From Synergistaceae bacterium (lineage in GTDB: Bacteria; Synergistota; Synergistia; Synergistales; Aminobacteriaceae): DNA of 38,572 bases. The notes below the pieces were generated by a model. That model was not told the DNA's origin. It ran no database searches and worked only from the letters and a program-made list of their open reading frames with translations. Where the stretch lies: contig WRKN01000001.1 in NCBI GenBank assembly GCA_009778055.1, positions 1-38,572 of the forward strand, in the 5' to 3' direction. This document shows, piece by piece, positions 14,590 to 23,854 of the stretch. Numbering within the stretch: position 1 is the stretch's first letter; every line of letters starts with the position of its first letter. A program made the position numbers and the translations under genes.

Positions 14590-17500
14590 ATGTCAAACAT
14601 GTCTATTTCGGGCATAGTATCCGGCATTGACTGGGACGCTATGGTAGAAAAGATGATTGAAAACGCCAAAAGGCCGGCTTATGTCCAGTTGGTCAAGAAG
14701 GATAACCTGGAGCTGAAAAAAAGCTTATACGAGGAGTTCCTGATCTCCCTTCGCTCCCTCCAGAGCACCCTCTCGCCCCTCAGGCTGGTTTCCACCTTCA
14801 AGGCGAAAGAGGTCATCATCGACAGAATGGACAGCAACGGTTCCTACAGGGCCGTACTGAACGCAACGGCCAACGCCGACGCCCAGGTCGGCTCGCACGA
14901 CATCGAGGTTCTTCAGCTCGCCAGGGCACAGATAAACCGCTCGATATCGCTGGGTGGCTCGTTGAACTCGCTTGGAAGCCCACCCGTCAATCTCGGCGCG
15001 GACTCCTACTTCTACGTGTACGCCGCCGGGCAGAAGGTACGCATCGACGTTTCCCGCGACGACACGGCGGAAAGCCTGGCGGGGAAAATCAATGCCGGGA
15101 ATCAGAGCGTATTTCCCCCGATAAAAATGTCGGCGATGGTCGTGGACGACCGCCTGGTTCTGAAAAGCGACGATACCGGCACGGGGCGCGAGACTGTAAC
15201 GGCAACCGTTAACCGGAGCGTAAGCGGCATGGATACCGTGGCGTTTCTAGTAAACCCCGACGAACCCGGGAGCGGCACGTACACGCTCAACCTGACGGAC
15301 GACATCGGCGGCATCAACGGAGGGGAACTCAGAATCTCCAACGGTAGCACCGTATTAGAGCAAGGCGTACACTTCGACATCATAAACGGCAACGAAATAT
15401 ACTGGTATGACTTCAAACACAACTTCCCGCCCCCCGGGGGGAGTTATAAGGTTACGTATACCGCCACGGCGGATGACAGGTTTGACATAAATGTCGACTT
15501 CAGCAAAATAGTCAGGGAAACCGTCAAGGACGAGGACATCAGAGACAAGAATGTCCTGCCGTTCGACATTATTTCCCATCATGCGGGTAGCGCCTCAATC
15601 AACGACGGCACGACCGATTACTACGAAGGTATACACTTCAAGATTGAGGGCAGGGACATTGTGTGGCTTGAGGAGGGAGGAAAAACTCCCCCGACCAACA
15701 ACTATATAATCGCGTACCACTGCGCCGCCGGAGATAGATTCTCATTCGACGCCAAGAGAAACAACATGGATTCGGTAGACCCGATTCTCCTTCCCGGCGG
15801 CGGTACGAGGCCCATAATCATCGAACCCGTAATGGACGGTACTACGGTAGTTACCCAACCAGATACGGTCGTCATTCGGCATGGCGGTGTCACCTTCAGG
15901 CAGGGCGTGGATTTCGAGGTCAAAGCCGTGGGAAGCGAACAATTTATCGAATGGAAGGAATTGGGCTACGCCCCGATGCCCGGCGCGTCTTATTCCATCG
16001 AAGTGTACGACGAGAGAGGCATACGTCACACCTACAGCTCCAGCAGAGATACCGGGGACGCTGTGTCAACCCCTGCTGGATTTAATAGGGTCGGCGGTAG
16101 CGCTGGAACATTTACCGACGTAGACTACTTGGGGGCGATTAAAGGCCCCCTTAGTGACCCCGACGACCTTGAATACGACTATGAAATTAATGCGAGTACT
16201 GGGGCCGTGACTTGGCATACGCGTTCCCCTATGAAAGAGAATGAGAACATTCCGCGCTTCGGTGCCGATGTCGGGTACAGAGTCGAGTACACTTACAACA
16301 AAAGCACGTTCCGCCTGGACGACACGGACAGCAACGGAGTAAGCAACGGAATACTGGGGCGTTTGGGCTTTGACCGCTTTGATGACCCCGACCACTTCAC
16401 CGAGGCGCAGGATGCACAGTTGAGAATCGGCGGGGAGGACGGGCGGATTGTCACCAGCTTCTCCAACAATATAGGCGAGGGGTACGGCAACCCAATTGAA
16501 GGGCTGGAAGGGATAACCCTCGAACTGAGAGGGACGGGGCGGGTGATCGTTGACATCGAGCACGACGTGAACCCCGCGGTTGACGCGATAAACGCCTTCC
16601 TCAACTCCTACAACGACGTCATGAGGTGGATAAACACGCGCCTCACGGAAAAAGAAGTGGACGACTCAACGAAGTCCAGACTGGGACAGGACGACGTCCG
16701 CTGGAAATGGGGGCTTCTGAACGGCGACTCTCTGCTCCGCAGCGCGAAGGACAACTTCCGCCGCATTACATCGCAGCCGTACGTCCCAACTTTCTCGAAG
16801 CGCACCGGCACTAAATCCATTTACGGAACAATGTCGCAGAACGGTATAACGAGAGAAGACAGCTTCACCGTCACGGTGGGCATAAGGACTCTCAGAGTGC
16901 CGGTAAGGCCCACCGATACCATCCAGGACATAGCGACCTGGATAAACGCGCCGTTTTTGTCGCCGGGGGAACCGGATCCGCCGAGCGACTCCGTGTACGA
17001 CTACATAAAGGCCGGGTTAATGCCGCCGGGGTACGAGAACAACGGTTTTGTATACGCCTATGTGGAAGCGGGAGCCATAAACGGGGTAACCCCCGCGAAT
17101 ACGGCGGGATACAAATACCTGAACCCGCTGTACTTCGACCCGGAGGGGCGGCAATATCCCCAGCCCTTCGCCACCGCCCATATAGTGGACAACATGCTGG
17201 AAATAAGAGAAGCGGACAGCGAGGTAAAGCGTCCGGTGCGCCTGGGAGGCTCCAATGCCGCCCTGACCGCCCTGGGGCTTAACTACGAGTATACAACCCT
17301 CTCCCAGGTGGGAGTCAAGCTGCCGTCCGCCGGTCAGGGAGTCACGGAAGACGCCAAGATTGGTATATTGGAGTTCAACACGACCACGTTCATGGAAGCG
17401 ATGAAAAAGGACCCCGACGACGTGGCGCTGCTGTTCAACGCCTTCTCCACGGAGATGGACAATTACCTGAACGAATTGGTGAAATCTTCCCAGAAGGAAG

Positions 17501-17745
17501 TGTCGGGGGTCACGATGGTCGAGGGAGCGGTTCCCCGCGCGATGAGCGCCATCGACGACCAGATCAGGTCAATAGACAGATATCTGGACGAGTTTGAAAA
17601 ACGCCTCCAGAGAAGGCAAAAGACCCTTTTCGACCAGTTCGCCCAGGCGGAGGTCGCCATGTCGAAACTGATGGAGCAGGCCGCCTGGCTGGCCAGCGTG
17701 ACGGCCCAGCTTCAGGCGCAGCAGGCATCGCAGATGGGCAGATAG
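14590..17745 (+). CDS. fliD: Flagellar filament cap protein FliD (hook-associated protein 2), unusually long (1051 aa)
   Basis: The N-terminus 'ISGIVSGIDWDAMVEKMIENAKRPAYVQLVKKDNLELKKSLYEEF' and the C-terminus 'IDRYLDEFEKRLQRRQKTLFDQFAQAEVAMSKLMEQAAWL' are canonical FliD coiled-coil ends. The ATG at 14590 has GGAGGG 7 nt upstream. Confidence 0.85.
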   Translation: MSNMSISGIVSGIDWDAMVEKMIENAKRPAYVQLVKKDNLELKKSLYEEFLISLRSLQSTLSPLRLVSTFKAKEVIIDRMDSNGSYRAVLNATANADAQVGSHDIEVLQLARAQINRSISLGGSLNSLGSPPVNLGADSYFYVYAAGQKVRIDVSRDDTAESLAGKINAGNQSVFPPIKMSAMVVDDRLVLKSDDTGTGRETVTATVNRSVSGMDTVAFLVNPDEPGSGTYTLNLTDDIGGINGGELRISNGSTVLEQGVHFDIINGNEIYWYDFKHNFPPPGGSYKVTYTATADDRFDINVDFSKIVRETVKDEDIRDKNVLPFDIISHHAGSASINDGTTDYYEGIHFKIEGRDIVWLEEGGKTPPTNNYIIAYHCAAGDRFSFDAKRNNMDSVDPILLPGGGTRPIIIEPVMDGTTVVTQPDTVVIRHGGVTFRQGVDFEVKAVGSEQFIEWKELGYAPMPGASYSIEVYDERGIRHTYSSSRDTGDAVSTPAGFNRVGGSAGTFTDVDYLGAIKGPLSDPDDLEYDYEINASTGAVTWHTRSPMKENENIPRFGADVGYRVEYTYNKSTFRLDDTDSNGVSNGILGRLGFDRFDDPDHFTEAQDAQLRIGGEDGRIVTSFSNNIGEGYGNPIEGLEGITLELRGTGRVIVDIEHDVNPAVDAINAFLNSYNDVMRWINTRLTEKEVDDSTKSRLGQDDVRWKWGLLNGDSLLRSAKDNFRRITSQPYVPTFSKRTGTKSIYGTMSQNGITREDSFTVTVGIRTLRVPVRPTDTIQDIATWINAPFLSPGEPDPPSDSVYDYIKAGLMPPGYENNGFVYAYVEAGAINGVTPANTAGYKYLNPLYFDPEGRQYPQPFATAHIVDNMLEIREADSEVKRPVRLGGSNAALTALGLNYEYTTLSQVGVKLPSAGQGVTEDAKIGILEFNTTTFMEAMKKDPDDVALLFNAFSTEMDNYLNELVKSSQKEVSGVTMVEGAVPRAMSAIDDQIRSIDRYLDEFEKRLQRRQKTLFDQFAQAEVAMSKLMEQAAWLASVTAQLQAQQASQMGR

Positions 17746-17763
17746 AACAAGCAGAGATTACAA

Positions 17764-17796
17764 AAGCCGCCTCGCTTAAGCGAGGCGGCTTTTTTC
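17764..17796 (+). terminator. Rho-independent terminator after fliD
   Basis: A 12-bp stem AAGCCGCCTCGC/GCGAGGCGGCTT with loop TTAA is followed by a T-run. Confidence 0.8.
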
Positions 17797-17840
17797 AAAC
17801 GACGGAAAGGAGATAAAAAATTATGGAGGGAGCCGGCGTC

Positions 17841-17990
17841 ATGACAGACAATCAATACTATGGAATCTTGAAAATGGTTTTAATGCTTTCCATCGACTCC
17901 GCAACAAAGGAAGACATAGAGAAAAAACTTGAAGCTCTTTTGCGGGACAGCGATATGGAAGACATTAAGAAGTACAGGGAAAAAAGATAA
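17841..17990 (+). CDS. Possible small protein (49 aa, 'MTDNQYYGILKMVLMLSIDSATKEDIEKKLEALLRDSDMEDIKKYREKR')
   Basis: This ORF falls below the track cut-off. GGAGGG lies at 17826-17831 and an alternative in-frame ATG at 17823. No homology was recognised. Confidence 0.3.
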   Translation: MTDNQYYGILKMVLMLSIDSATKEDIEKKLEALLRDSDMEDIKKYREKR

Positions 17991-17993
17991 CAC

Positions 17994-19598
17994 CTACCTC
18001 AACGAATATATCTCCACCGGGGCGAAGGCGTCGGTGAAGGCCCCCACTTCCGGGGTAAAGGGGGCTGTCCAGTGGTACGACAGAAGACGCTCCATTTCCT
18101 CGTCGCGCGTGGTTAGATGTTCGCCGGGGGGTTTTTTCATGGCCACTATAATGAGGTTCTGGCGGGTTTGGGCGAAAGCGGGGCCGGGGCGCTGGGCCTG
18201 GAAGATCAGTATATGGGGGAAAACCTCCGACAGGGCCGCGTAAATGCCGTGAAAAACGCCCGACCGCCTTCCGGTGAGCGAGGATATAACATTTGAGACC
18301 AGCACTCCGTCCGGCGCAAGAATGTCGGCCATGCGCTGCGCGGCCTCCACCGTCGCCACGTGAAAGGGAATGGAGTACCACGAGCCGAAGACGTCGGTGA
18401 AAATGGCGTCGTACGACCCGCGCGTTTCGGGGTTGGCGGCGGCGCGATTGAGGAAAACCCTGGCGTCCTCATGGTGAATGTTGAGGGCGGGGCTGTCCTG
18501 GAGCGAAAAATACTTTCGCGCGGCGGCCGTTATCCCGGGGTCTATCTCCACCACGTCCATGGAGAAGGCGGGAAGCCCGGCCTCGTCCAGGCGCGTGACC
18601 AAAAGGTGACGGGGGACGCAGTACCCTCCTCCCCCGAGCATAAGGATATTTTTCGCGTCCGGATTATAGTGGAACGCCAGGTCATAAAATTTGGTGTATT
18701 CGCTTACAAGCTCGGAGGGGTTGTCCGTGTATATGATGGACTGCGCCCCCTCGCTGAAGGCGTCCGTCATGAGGAAACGCGCCCTGCGGCCGTTGGCGCG
18801 CGTATGCTCCGCTATCCAGATGTGGTTGTAAGGCGTGTCGATATGCTCCCCCGGCGGCATCATGGGCATACCCCACACAATCACGCCGCAGGAAAACGTC
18901 AAAAACGCCGCGCAGAACACCCCCGCTTTCTTCCAGACGGACCGGTAGAGCAAAAAGGCAATGAACGCCAAAACGGCGGCTACAAGGAACAGAATCGCCC
19001 CGGACGACAAAAACGATATCAGGACAAAACCCCCGAGAAAAGTCCCAAGGATACTGCCCGCGGACGACAGCGCCGAAAAGCGGCCTACCGTCGCGCCGGC
19101 CGAGCCGACGTCACGTATAGCCAAACGCACTATGAACGGGGACACCATTCCGAGAAGGACGCTGGGCGGCGCGAAAAGCAGGAACGAGCCTATGACTGAG
19201 GACAGATAAACGCTGTTTATGTTCCTTGAAAGCACCCTTAGAACCGGGTTGGACAAAAAAGCCATCAGGCCGGTGCAAAAGGAGGCGAGCAGGACAATCC
19301 TGGCCAGCACCTTCTGGTCCGGGCGCAGGTCGGCGGCCTTCCCGCCAAGCCAGTAACCCAAGCTGAGACTTGCCAGGACGACGCCTATAAGTGAAGTCCA
19401 CACAATTATAGATGTGCCTATGTATGGGGCTACCACGCGCGAACCAGCCATTTCCAGCACCATCACGGACGCGCCGCAGGTAAAGGAAGCTATTTCCAGA
19501 GTCCACGAGCGCCCCGTTTTTTTGCCGTTCGTATAATCAGGCTTCACATAGTCAGGCTTGCGGACTTTTTTCTTATCGGATTCCATTACAGAAACCAC
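17994..19598 (-). CDS. Fused polytopic membrane domain / spermidine-synthase-like (aminopropyl- or methyltransferase fold) protein
   Basis: The N-terminal ~230 aa carry about 7 TM helices. The C-terminal half has a 'ILMLGGGGYCVPRH ... VVEIDPGI ... DAIFTDVF' SAM/dcSAM-binding pattern typical of the SpeE-like fold. Confidence 0.85.
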   Translation of the reverse strand: MVSVMESDKKKVRKPDYVKPDYTNGKKTGRSWTLEIASFTCGASVMVLEMAGSRVVAPYIGTSIIVWTSLIGVVLASLSLGYWLGGKAADLRPDQKVLARIVLLASFCTGLMAFLSNPVLRVLSRNINSVYLSSVIGSFLLFAPPSVLLGMVSPFIVRLAIRDVGSAGATVGRFSALSSAGSILGTFLGGFVLISFLSSGAILFLVAAVLAFIAFLLYRSVWKKAGVFCAAFLTFSCGVIVWGMPMMPPGEHIDTPYNHIWIAEHTRANGRRARFLMTDAFSEGAQSIIYTDNPSELVSEYTKFYDLAFHYNPDAKNILMLGGGGYCVPRHLLVTRLDEAGLPAFSMDVVEIDPGITAAARKYFSLQDSPALNIHHEDARVFLNRAAANPETRGSYDAIFTDVFGSWYSIPFHVATVEAAQRMADILAPDGVLVSNVISSLTGRRSGVFHGIYAALSEVFPHILIFQAQRPGPAFAQTRQNLIIVAMKKPPGEHLTTRDEEMERLLSYHWTAPFTPEVGAFTDAFAPVEIYSLR

Positions 19599-19643
19599 CC
19601 CATACTATTTTCAAAATGGAACGAGGTTTATTATACATCAACT

Positions 19644-20366
19644 TTATACGTCTAGCGTTACCCAATCCGCTTTAAGCGATTTTTCTTCCTCAAGAGACCC
19701 TATACTTTGTGCATAACGATCAAGAGATTCTTGGATTCTGAGTACAACTTCTGTACCCTCAAATTTTTCCAACAATTCATCTTGCTCCTTATTGAAAGAG
19801 TCACACAAGCAATCTATTCCTCTATTTTGTACGTGTTCTTTTATACTATTCCATGTTTCTACCCTAATCTCAGACGGATAATTTGCAACAAGAAAAGCAA
19901 CATCATAGGTATCCCGTGCCTTATCACGACCAATAAACGCCGCTGTTTTTAATTCTGCCATTCGTGCGATGGAATATACTCTCAGACCTTGAATAATCTC
20001 TGCGTCCTTTTCTTCAATTTCATGACGCATGGAACACTCAATTTTGAGAACATCGGGTTGTTTTGTGAAAGCCGATTGATAATGTACCATATATCTTTTG
20101 GTTGTTTCAGTATTTTTTTTGACGTTTATGCAGTCTATATCCAGCTTCACAGATTCAGCAGCTTTTAAGATGTGCTTCTGGAAATCAGTAACCGTACCGG
20201 GAGTGAGGTCAAAATCCATGTCTTCTGAAAAGCGGTCTAATCCACGTGTCAGCAACAGGGATGTCCCTCCTTTGAGGATTGCTGATTTTTCGTTTTTTGA
20301 TACTTCAAAAGCAATCGCTTTCATGAAATCAATACGTTCATTTTCCTGTTCATTAAATTCTTTCAT
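19644..20366 (-). CDS. AbiEii/AbiGii (DUF1814, MenT-like) nucleotidyltransferase toxin-family protein, 240 aa
   Basis: The NTase motif is 'LKGGTSLLLTRGLDRFSEDMDFDL'. The C-terminal motif is 'IGRDKARDTYDVAFL'. An SD AAGGAGGG lies upstream. The gene is AT-rich relative to its flanks. Confidence 0.85.
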   Translation of the reverse strand: MKEFNEQENERIDFMKAIAFEVSKNEKSAILKGGTSLLLTRGLDRFSEDMDFDLTPGTVTDFQKHILKAAESVKLDIDCINVKKNTETTKRYMVHYQSAFTKQPDVLKIECSMRHEIEEKDAEIIQGLRVYSIARMAELKTAAFIGRDKARDTYDVAFLVANYPSEIRVETWNSIKEHVQNRGIDCLCDSFNKEQDELLEKFEGTEVVLRIQESLDRYAQSIGSLEEEKSLKADWVTLDV

Positions 20367-20381
20367 GGCTTCAAACCCTCC

Positions 20382-20951
20382 TTAACTTTTGTAACCAGGA
20401 ACACGTTCTTTTTCTATCCATCGTATTAACATTTCTTGCTCCTCAATACTAAGATAAGGGAGCATTGTCGCAGCTTTTTCCAGCAGAAAACATTTTTCTT
20501 CCTCTGTGTCCAAGTAATCTTCAGAAGAACCATATAAGTAACTAGGATATTTCCCTTCTTTTATGCGCTCGTATAAGAGGTCAAGGATTGCCCGAAAATG
20601 GTTCGCCGCATGGGGTTCTCCCTTTTCTACATTAAATCCTTTTTTACGTAAAATCTCTCCGCATTTGTAAATACCGTAATTCTTGAAAATGTGATTAGTG
20701 TTAAGATACTCTCTTTCCCCAGCTACTTTTATAAATTTGACATGTTTTGCATCCCTGCAATAATAAATGCTTAAAAAATGCCAATCTCCACTTGTGCCTT
20801 CCGGCGCGGGAAGGTTTAATGCCGCCATCCCGGAGATGTATCTGTTCTCTGACAGGTCGTCAGGTATTTTTGCTTGGTATATTTTACGAGTATATTCTTT
20901 TGTTTCTTCACTCGCCTGATTTTCTTCGATGGCCGCTACAGTCATTTTCAT
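20382..20951 (-). CDS. Hypothetical 189-aa protein, upstream partner of the AbiEii-like gene (candidate non-canonical antitoxin)
   Basis: The ORF is clean and separated from the NTase gene by 15 nt. No wHTH or AbiEi-like pattern was recognised by eye. The composition matches that of the NTase gene. Confidence 0.75.
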   Translation of the reverse strand: MKMTVAAIEENQASEETKEYTRKIYQAKIPDDLSENRYISGMAALNLPAPEGTSGDWHFLSIYYCRDAKHVKFIKVAGEREYLNTNHIFKNYGIYKCGEILRKKGFNVEKGEPHAANHFRAILDLLYERIKEGKYPSYLYGSSEDYLDTEEEKCFLLEKAATMLPYLSIEEQEMLIRWIEKERVPGYKS

Positions 20952-20986
20952 CGCTACCTTTCGTTGTCTTTAACCCATGAACTACC

Positions 20987-22468
20987 TTAACGTCTCCAAG
21001 TCGAGGGGAAAAACAGGAGAACCACGGCGTAAAGCTCCAGCCGCCCGGCCAGCATACAGAAAGAAAACGTCCATTTGACCCCGGGCGGAACCCAGCCGTA
21101 AGCTCCCAGCGCGCCTGGAGTTCCAAGTCCGGGGCCCAGGTTGGTGAGGCTCGCCGTCACGCCGGAAACGGCGGCGGCCACGTCGAGTTTGTTGTTTCCC
21201 ATAGCCAGCGCCGCCGCCGTCGCGCCGATGAAAAGCACGACGTAAAGTGTGAAAAACGCCATAACCCCGTTCATGACCCTCGGCGGGATCACTTTTCCAT
21301 TCACTTTCGCGTGCAGGACGGCGTTCGGATGCAGCTTATTCAACAGCTCCACCCTCATGCAGCGCGCCAGCATAAGCACTCGCGCAACTTTCAGGCCGCC
21401 GCCGGTGGAACCGGCGCACCCGCCGATAAACGCCAAAAGTAAAATTATAAACCGCGTGAAATATGGCCACGCAATATAATTTTCGGATGTAAAGCCTGTT
21501 GTCGTCATAAAACCGGCTGTTTGAAACGCGGCCGCCCGGAGCGAATGTTCCGCCCCGCGGCAGAAGCCTCCGGCAAACAGCACGGCGGCTATCAAAAGCG
21601 TCGCCGCGAGGAAAAGCCGCGCGTAGAGTAAAAATTCCTCGTTACGCCGCGCCTTGTCCCAAAAGCCGGCCAATATCAAAAGATAAAGCGAAAAACTGAC
21701 CCCCGACGCGAGCATGAAAAACGTGACGACCCATTCAATGTAAGGAGAGCCGTAATGGGCTATCGAGGCGTTCTTGGTCGAAAATCCGCCTGTTGCCACT
21801 GTTCCGAAGGAATGAACGAGCGCGTCAAAAAAATCCATGCCGCCCAGCATCAAAAAAAACGTCTCCGCGCACGTCAGGAACAGGTAGACTTCCCAGAGGA
21901 GCAGCGCCATTTGCTGTACGCGCGGGGTCAGTTTTTCCGGCGTGGGGCCTGGAAACTCGGCTTTGTAGAGTTCCATGCCGCCGACCCCCAGAAAAGGGAG
22001 AACCGCGAGGCTGAGAACTATTATCCCCATACCCCCCAGCCAATGCGTCAGTCCGCGCCAGAACAGTATGCCGCGCGGCAGAACCTCGACGTCCGCTATG
22101 ACGCTGGCGCCGGTTGCCGTAAAGCCGGAAATCGACTCAAAAAACGCGTCGGTATAGGAACTGAGCGCCCCGGAGAACAGATACGGCAGCGCCCCCACGG
22201 CCGAGGCGATCACCCAGGACAGCCCCACCACGGCAAACGCCTCGCGGATTCCGAGTTCTTCATAGTCCCCGCGCTTCACGGAACCTATCCTGCCCCCTCC
22301 CGCCATGAAAAGGGCGTAGCTGATGGTAATCCCGCACGCCAGGGAGGCGGCGAAGGCGCGGATGTCGTCGGTACGGTCGGCAGCCGACCACATCATGGGA
22401 AAAACCATGCAGAGGGAAACCACCAAAGACACGAGCGAGAGAACCCGCGCCACCAGCCTAAGCCTCAA
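20987..22468 (-). CDS. trkH: Trk/Ktr-type potassium uptake membrane subunit TrkH
   Basis: The protein is polytopic with repeated selectivity-filter-like 'TGF/TGG' segments ('SGFTATGAS', 'TVATGGFS', 'TTTGFTS', 'STGGGLK'). It is adjacent to trkA. Confidence 0.9.
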   Translation of the reverse strand: MRLRLVARVLSLVSLVVSLCMVFPMMWSAADRTDDIRAFAASLACGITISYALFMAGGGRIGSVKRGDYEELGIREAFAVVGLSWVIASAVGALPYLFSGALSSYTDAFFESISGFTATGASVIADVEVLPRGILFWRGLTHWLGGMGIIVLSLAVLPFLGVGGMELYKAEFPGPTPEKLTPRVQQMALLLWEVYLFLTCAETFFLMLGGMDFFDALVHSFGTVATGGFSTKNASIAHYGSPYIEWVVTFFMLASGVSFSLYLLILAGFWDKARRNEEFLLYARLFLAATLLIAAVLFAGGFCRGAEHSLRAAAFQTAGFMTTTGFTSENYIAWPYFTRFIILLLAFIGGCAGSTGGGLKVARVLMLARCMRVELLNKLHPNAVLHAKVNGKVIPPRVMNGVMAFFTLYVVLFIGATAAALAMGNNKLDVAAAVSGVTASLTNLGPGLGTPGALGAYGWVPPGVKWTFSFCMLAGRLELYAVVLLFFPSTWRR

Positions 22469-22485
22469 GGCAATACCTCCCGCTC

Positions 22486-23850
22486 TTAATCGAAAAATTC
22501 CGCCGCCGCGCGCATTTTGTACGCGGAAGCAAACAGTATCAAGTGATCGCCCCCACGCAGGCGCGTTGTCCCGTCCGGCACGAAAACGCGCTCGCCGCGC
22601 CCCACCAGGGCTACCAGCACGTTTTTAGGCACGTTGCACTCCGACAGGGGGACATTTTCAACGGCGTGCCCTTCGGGCAAAACCGTTTCAAGCATCTCGG
22701 CGTCTATTTTTTCGATAATGGACAGGGCTTTGGAGCCGCCGGGATAACGCACGCAGCGCAGCATAAACAAAGCCAGAGCCTCGTTGGGGCTTACCACGGC
22801 GTCTATCATGGGTATGAGTTCGGGCATGTTGAGGTAGCGCTTGTGCCGCACCACGGCAATACATTTATGGGCCCCCATCGACTTCGCCATGACGCCGTAC
22901 ATCAGGTTGACCTCGTCCGACTCCGTAGTGGCCACGTACCCGTCCGCGCAGTCAATCCCTTCCTCCGTCAGAAGCAGCTCGTCCGCTCCGTCGCTGTTCA
23001 AAACTATTGTGCGGCTCAGTTCGGTGGACAGTTTTTCGCACCGTTCACGGTTGTGGTCTATGAGCCTGACGTCCACATTACGATAGTTGGTCTCCAGCCC
23101 GTCGGCGACCTGAAAACCCAATTTACCCCCCCCGGCTATGAACACGCGTTTCAAAGGACGCGAATAACGAAGCTGAAACAGCTTTTCCAGATTCCATACC
23201 TGTTCTTTACCGGAGACCACGTAGCACAAATCCCCTTCTCCCAGAACGGTATCGCCGTCCGGCACGATACTTTCCCCGCTCGTCTTTTTTATGTAAACGA
23301 TCAGCAGGGCGATGCCGGGATTCGCCGCGCGCGCCTGCTTTAGGGAAAGCCCGGCCAGCGGGGAGCATCCGGCGACGTGGAAGGCGTATATCGCGGCCCG
23401 CCCCCCGAGAAGTTCGGCGGTGTGAACGGCGGAACTCACGGAGAGCAATTCCAGAATCTCGCGGGCGACGGAACGTTCCGGCGATATCATCACATCTATG
23501 CCGAGGTCCTTTCCCCAGGTCGGGGAATCGGTAAATTCAAGCCCGCGGGCCCGCGCTACCACTCTTTTAACCCCCGCGTGTTTGGCTACCCAGCAGGCGA
23601 GTATGTTGGCCTCGTCCCGCCCCGTGCAGGCTATCAGAAAATCGATGTCGCACCCGTCGCGGACTCCGGCTTCGTAAAGCACCCGAGGGCGAACCCCGTT
23701 CCCGCATATAACACGGACGTCCAGCTCATTGTCGGCCTTCGCGGCGCGATCCGGGTTTTCTTCCACCGCGTTTACGTCGTGCCCTTCGGCGGACAGGGCG
23801 GCCGCCACGCTGAAGCCTATCTCGCCCAATCCCACGACAACTATCTTCAT
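22486..23850 (-). CDS. trkA: Trk system NAD-binding subunit TrkA (tandem RCK domains)
   Basis: Two Rossmann motifs are present: 'KIVVVGLGEIGFSVA' and 'RVFIAGGGKLGFQVA'. Confidence 0.9.
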   Translation of the reverse strand: MKIVVVGLGEIGFSVAAALSAEGHDVNAVEENPDRAAKADNELDVRVICGNGVRPRVLYEAGVRDGCDIDFLIACTGRDEANILACWVAKHAGVKRVVARARGLEFTDSPTWGKDLGIDVMISPERSVAREILELLSVSSAVHTAELLGGRAAIYAFHVAGCSPLAGLSLKQARAANPGIALLIVYIKKTSGESIVPDGDTVLGEGDLCYVVSGKEQVWNLEKLFQLRYSRPLKRVFIAGGGKLGFQVADGLETNYRNVDVRLIDHNRERCEKLSTELSRTIVLNSDGADELLLTEEGIDCADGYVATTESDEVNLMYGVMAKSMGAHKCIAVVRHKRYLNMPELIPMIDAVVSPNEALALFMLRCVRYPGGSKALSIIEKIDAEMLETVLPEGHAVENVPLSECNVPKNVLVALVGRGERVFVPDGTTRLRGGDHLILFASAYKMRAAAEFFD

Positions 23851-23854
23851 GATT

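Noticed and set aside
19644-20995. A short direct repeat, TTATACGTCT (19644-19653) and TTAACGTCT (20987-20995), lies at the two edges of the AbiEii islet. I considered it as a possible target-site duplication.
   Set aside because: It is only 9-10 nt with an indel. Both copies overlap stop codons of real genes. Chance occurrence is plausible, so comparative empty-site data are needed.
13262-23343. Long antisense ORFs lie opposite recR/ispDF (13262-14155), the spermidine-synthase-like gene (18360-19199), trkH (21755-22489) and trkA (22543-23343). The same applies to 31698-32696 and 32377-33114 in the TRAP permease.
   Set aside because: The same reasoning applies. They are GC-rich shadow frames without motifs or ribosome-binding sites and are fully contained in well-supported genes.
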